NCBI GenBank assembly: GCA_964304625.1
Contig: OZ199838.1
Coordinates: 543,059-607,058, forward strand
DNA: 64,000 nt
Reading direction: 5' to 3'
Source: Kudoa neothunni
Taxonomy: Eukaryota; Animalia; Cnidaria
Each line of letters starts with the position of its first letter. Position 1 is the stretch's first letter. A model generated the notes under the pieces. The model searched no databases. It had not been told where the DNA came from and saw only the letters and a program-made list of their open reading frames with translations. The translations under genes and the position numbers were made by a program. Shown piece after piece: positions 62,801-64,000 of the stretch.

Positions 62801-63210
62801 ATCTATTATTATTCGACTTGCCTTAGCTGAGACATTCTGCTCCAGTTGTGGTGTGATTACGTTGGATGAACCTACAACTAATCTCGACCAAACGCACATT
62901 CGAGAACTCTCAAAGTCACTCGTCGAGTATTGGCTGGCTATGTTTAATTAAATTTTAATCTCAGTTCTGATATGTTGTTGAATTAGATTAGCAGATTCCC
63001 GTCGCCACAACACTTCATTTCAACTTTTAGTTATTACTCACGATGAAGAATTTGTGAATACCCTTTGTCGAGCTAATCTCACCAATTTTTATTATCAAAT
63101 ATCAAAAGATGAAAAGTACGTAACTATCAATAGTTTCTCATGGTGATATCCCTTTGTTTAGTGGTTATTCGAAAATAAGTCGTTTAGATGTTGATCATCT
63201 ATTTGAGTAG
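50833..63210 (+). CDS. RAD50: DNA repair protein RAD50; >25 exons, several TE-expanded introns, apparent homopolymer frameshifts near the 5' end
   Basis: [15 protein letters not shown]; Walker [11 protein letters not shown]; FIHDPK; [24 protein letters not shown]; zinc hook CPLC (~55730); [38 protein letters not shown]; [12 protein letters not shown]; TAG at 63208-63210. Confidence 0.95.
53963..54403 (-). mobile_element. tRNA-headed SINE-like element, copy 2 (antisense, in RAD50 intron)
   Basis: Reverse complement has A box TAGCACAGTAG, B box GTTCGAGGC and body blocks shared with 11106-11597 (cattca.acgacttt.cc.ga.taattctggg, gaggatgttt, taccgcataaac, gaacttcacaaccta). Confidence 0.75.
59548..61476 (+). 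mobile_element. Decayed piggyBac transposon in RAD50 intron
   Basis: [19 protein letters not shown] near 60473-60535; Cys-rich end [12 protein letters not shown] near 60838; termini TTTA|TCTTCCGAGTG ... CGCTTGGAAGG|TTAA. Confidence 0.8.
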
Positions 63211-64000
63211 AACGTGATCTTAACATTATTTCTACTGATAAATAAATCGTATTGAAAGAAGTGGTCTTATCATTATTAAAATCTTTAATCATTCTTGTTG
63301 GATTTTAATTTGATTTCTGTGTTTCATTGTACTTTTTAATAAAATAATCAGCGATACTTGTCGTAACAAAAATGTATATTTATTTGATTATATGATTATT
63401 CGATTATTCATTATTGAATGGGATTTTATTCACTTTATATAATATAAATTGCACAGAAAATATAACCTATATACGAACGCTTTAAATTTAAACGACATTT
63501 TGATAAATAATGATTCACATATTAAGATTAATATATTGGTGTTAATCCATTGATCGCAGAAAAAATTTATATTGGTTTAAAATAAATAAGTATATATATA
63601 CAATCAAAATTGCTTATTGCACACTTTTTTCAAGGGAAATGAAACATGGCGCGAAAACAACGCATTCTTCGTTTTTATATAAAATATTTAGCATTTTTGA
63701 TATTTTTATTGTATTTTAAAAGAATAAATTATTAGATCAAATACACGAGAAACTTGTAAATAATAAATATTTCATTCATTTTTCTATTACCATGAATCAA
63801 ATAGTTTTTAATCTATACGCGAATTCATGTAGTTACCCCCTTATGCAAGATATTTTAAAAAGTAACTTCATCGACCGAATACGTTATAACGAAATAAATA
63901 GTTTACTCTAGTTTTAATTATTTGATCCCATGATACAATATTTTTTTACCAAATTTCCACAAGGATTCTACTTATTCTACTTGTGATGATAAAATAGAGC

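Overview
AT-rich eukaryotic (animal) genomic DNA, not prokaryotic. Genes are split by many very short (~40-60 nt) GT-AG introns with weak donor consensus, proteins are strongly diverged, and decayed transposons fill the intergenic space and long introns. This suggests a reduced-genome animal parasite such as a myxozoan cnidarian (inference only). Genes reconstructed by hand: RBBP6 (+), two tandem MEMO1-like paralogues (+), a GRK2/3-type receptor kinase (+), PRP4 kinase (-), a secreted 5-domain Kunitz protein (-), L-threonine 3-dehydrogenase (-), an orphan coiled-coil type-I membrane protein (-), a divergent TGF-beta family ligand (+) and RAD50 (+). Mobile DNA: two IS630/Tc1 remnants, piggyBac remnants and TTAA-flanked non-autonomous elements, a hAT MITE with 8-bp TSD, a two-copy TTAA-flanked (Kolobok-like) MITE, a solo LTR with 5-bp TSD, a pogo-like relic and a two-copy ~0.45-kb structured tRNA-headed SINE. 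Most notable: (1) both MEMO1 copies have lost the same metal-site residues yet remain intact; (2) a Kunitz array in which 4 of 5 domains lack the CII-CIV disulfide, with a 42-nt stop-containing intron that could switch between 1-domain and 5-domain products; (3) a 3x138-bp hairpin-containing repeat in the long PRP4-kinase intron; (4) the SINE, with a possible twister-like 3' segment; (5) homopolymer frameshifts in RAD50, probably assembly errors. No database searches were run; exon boundaries are manual calls.
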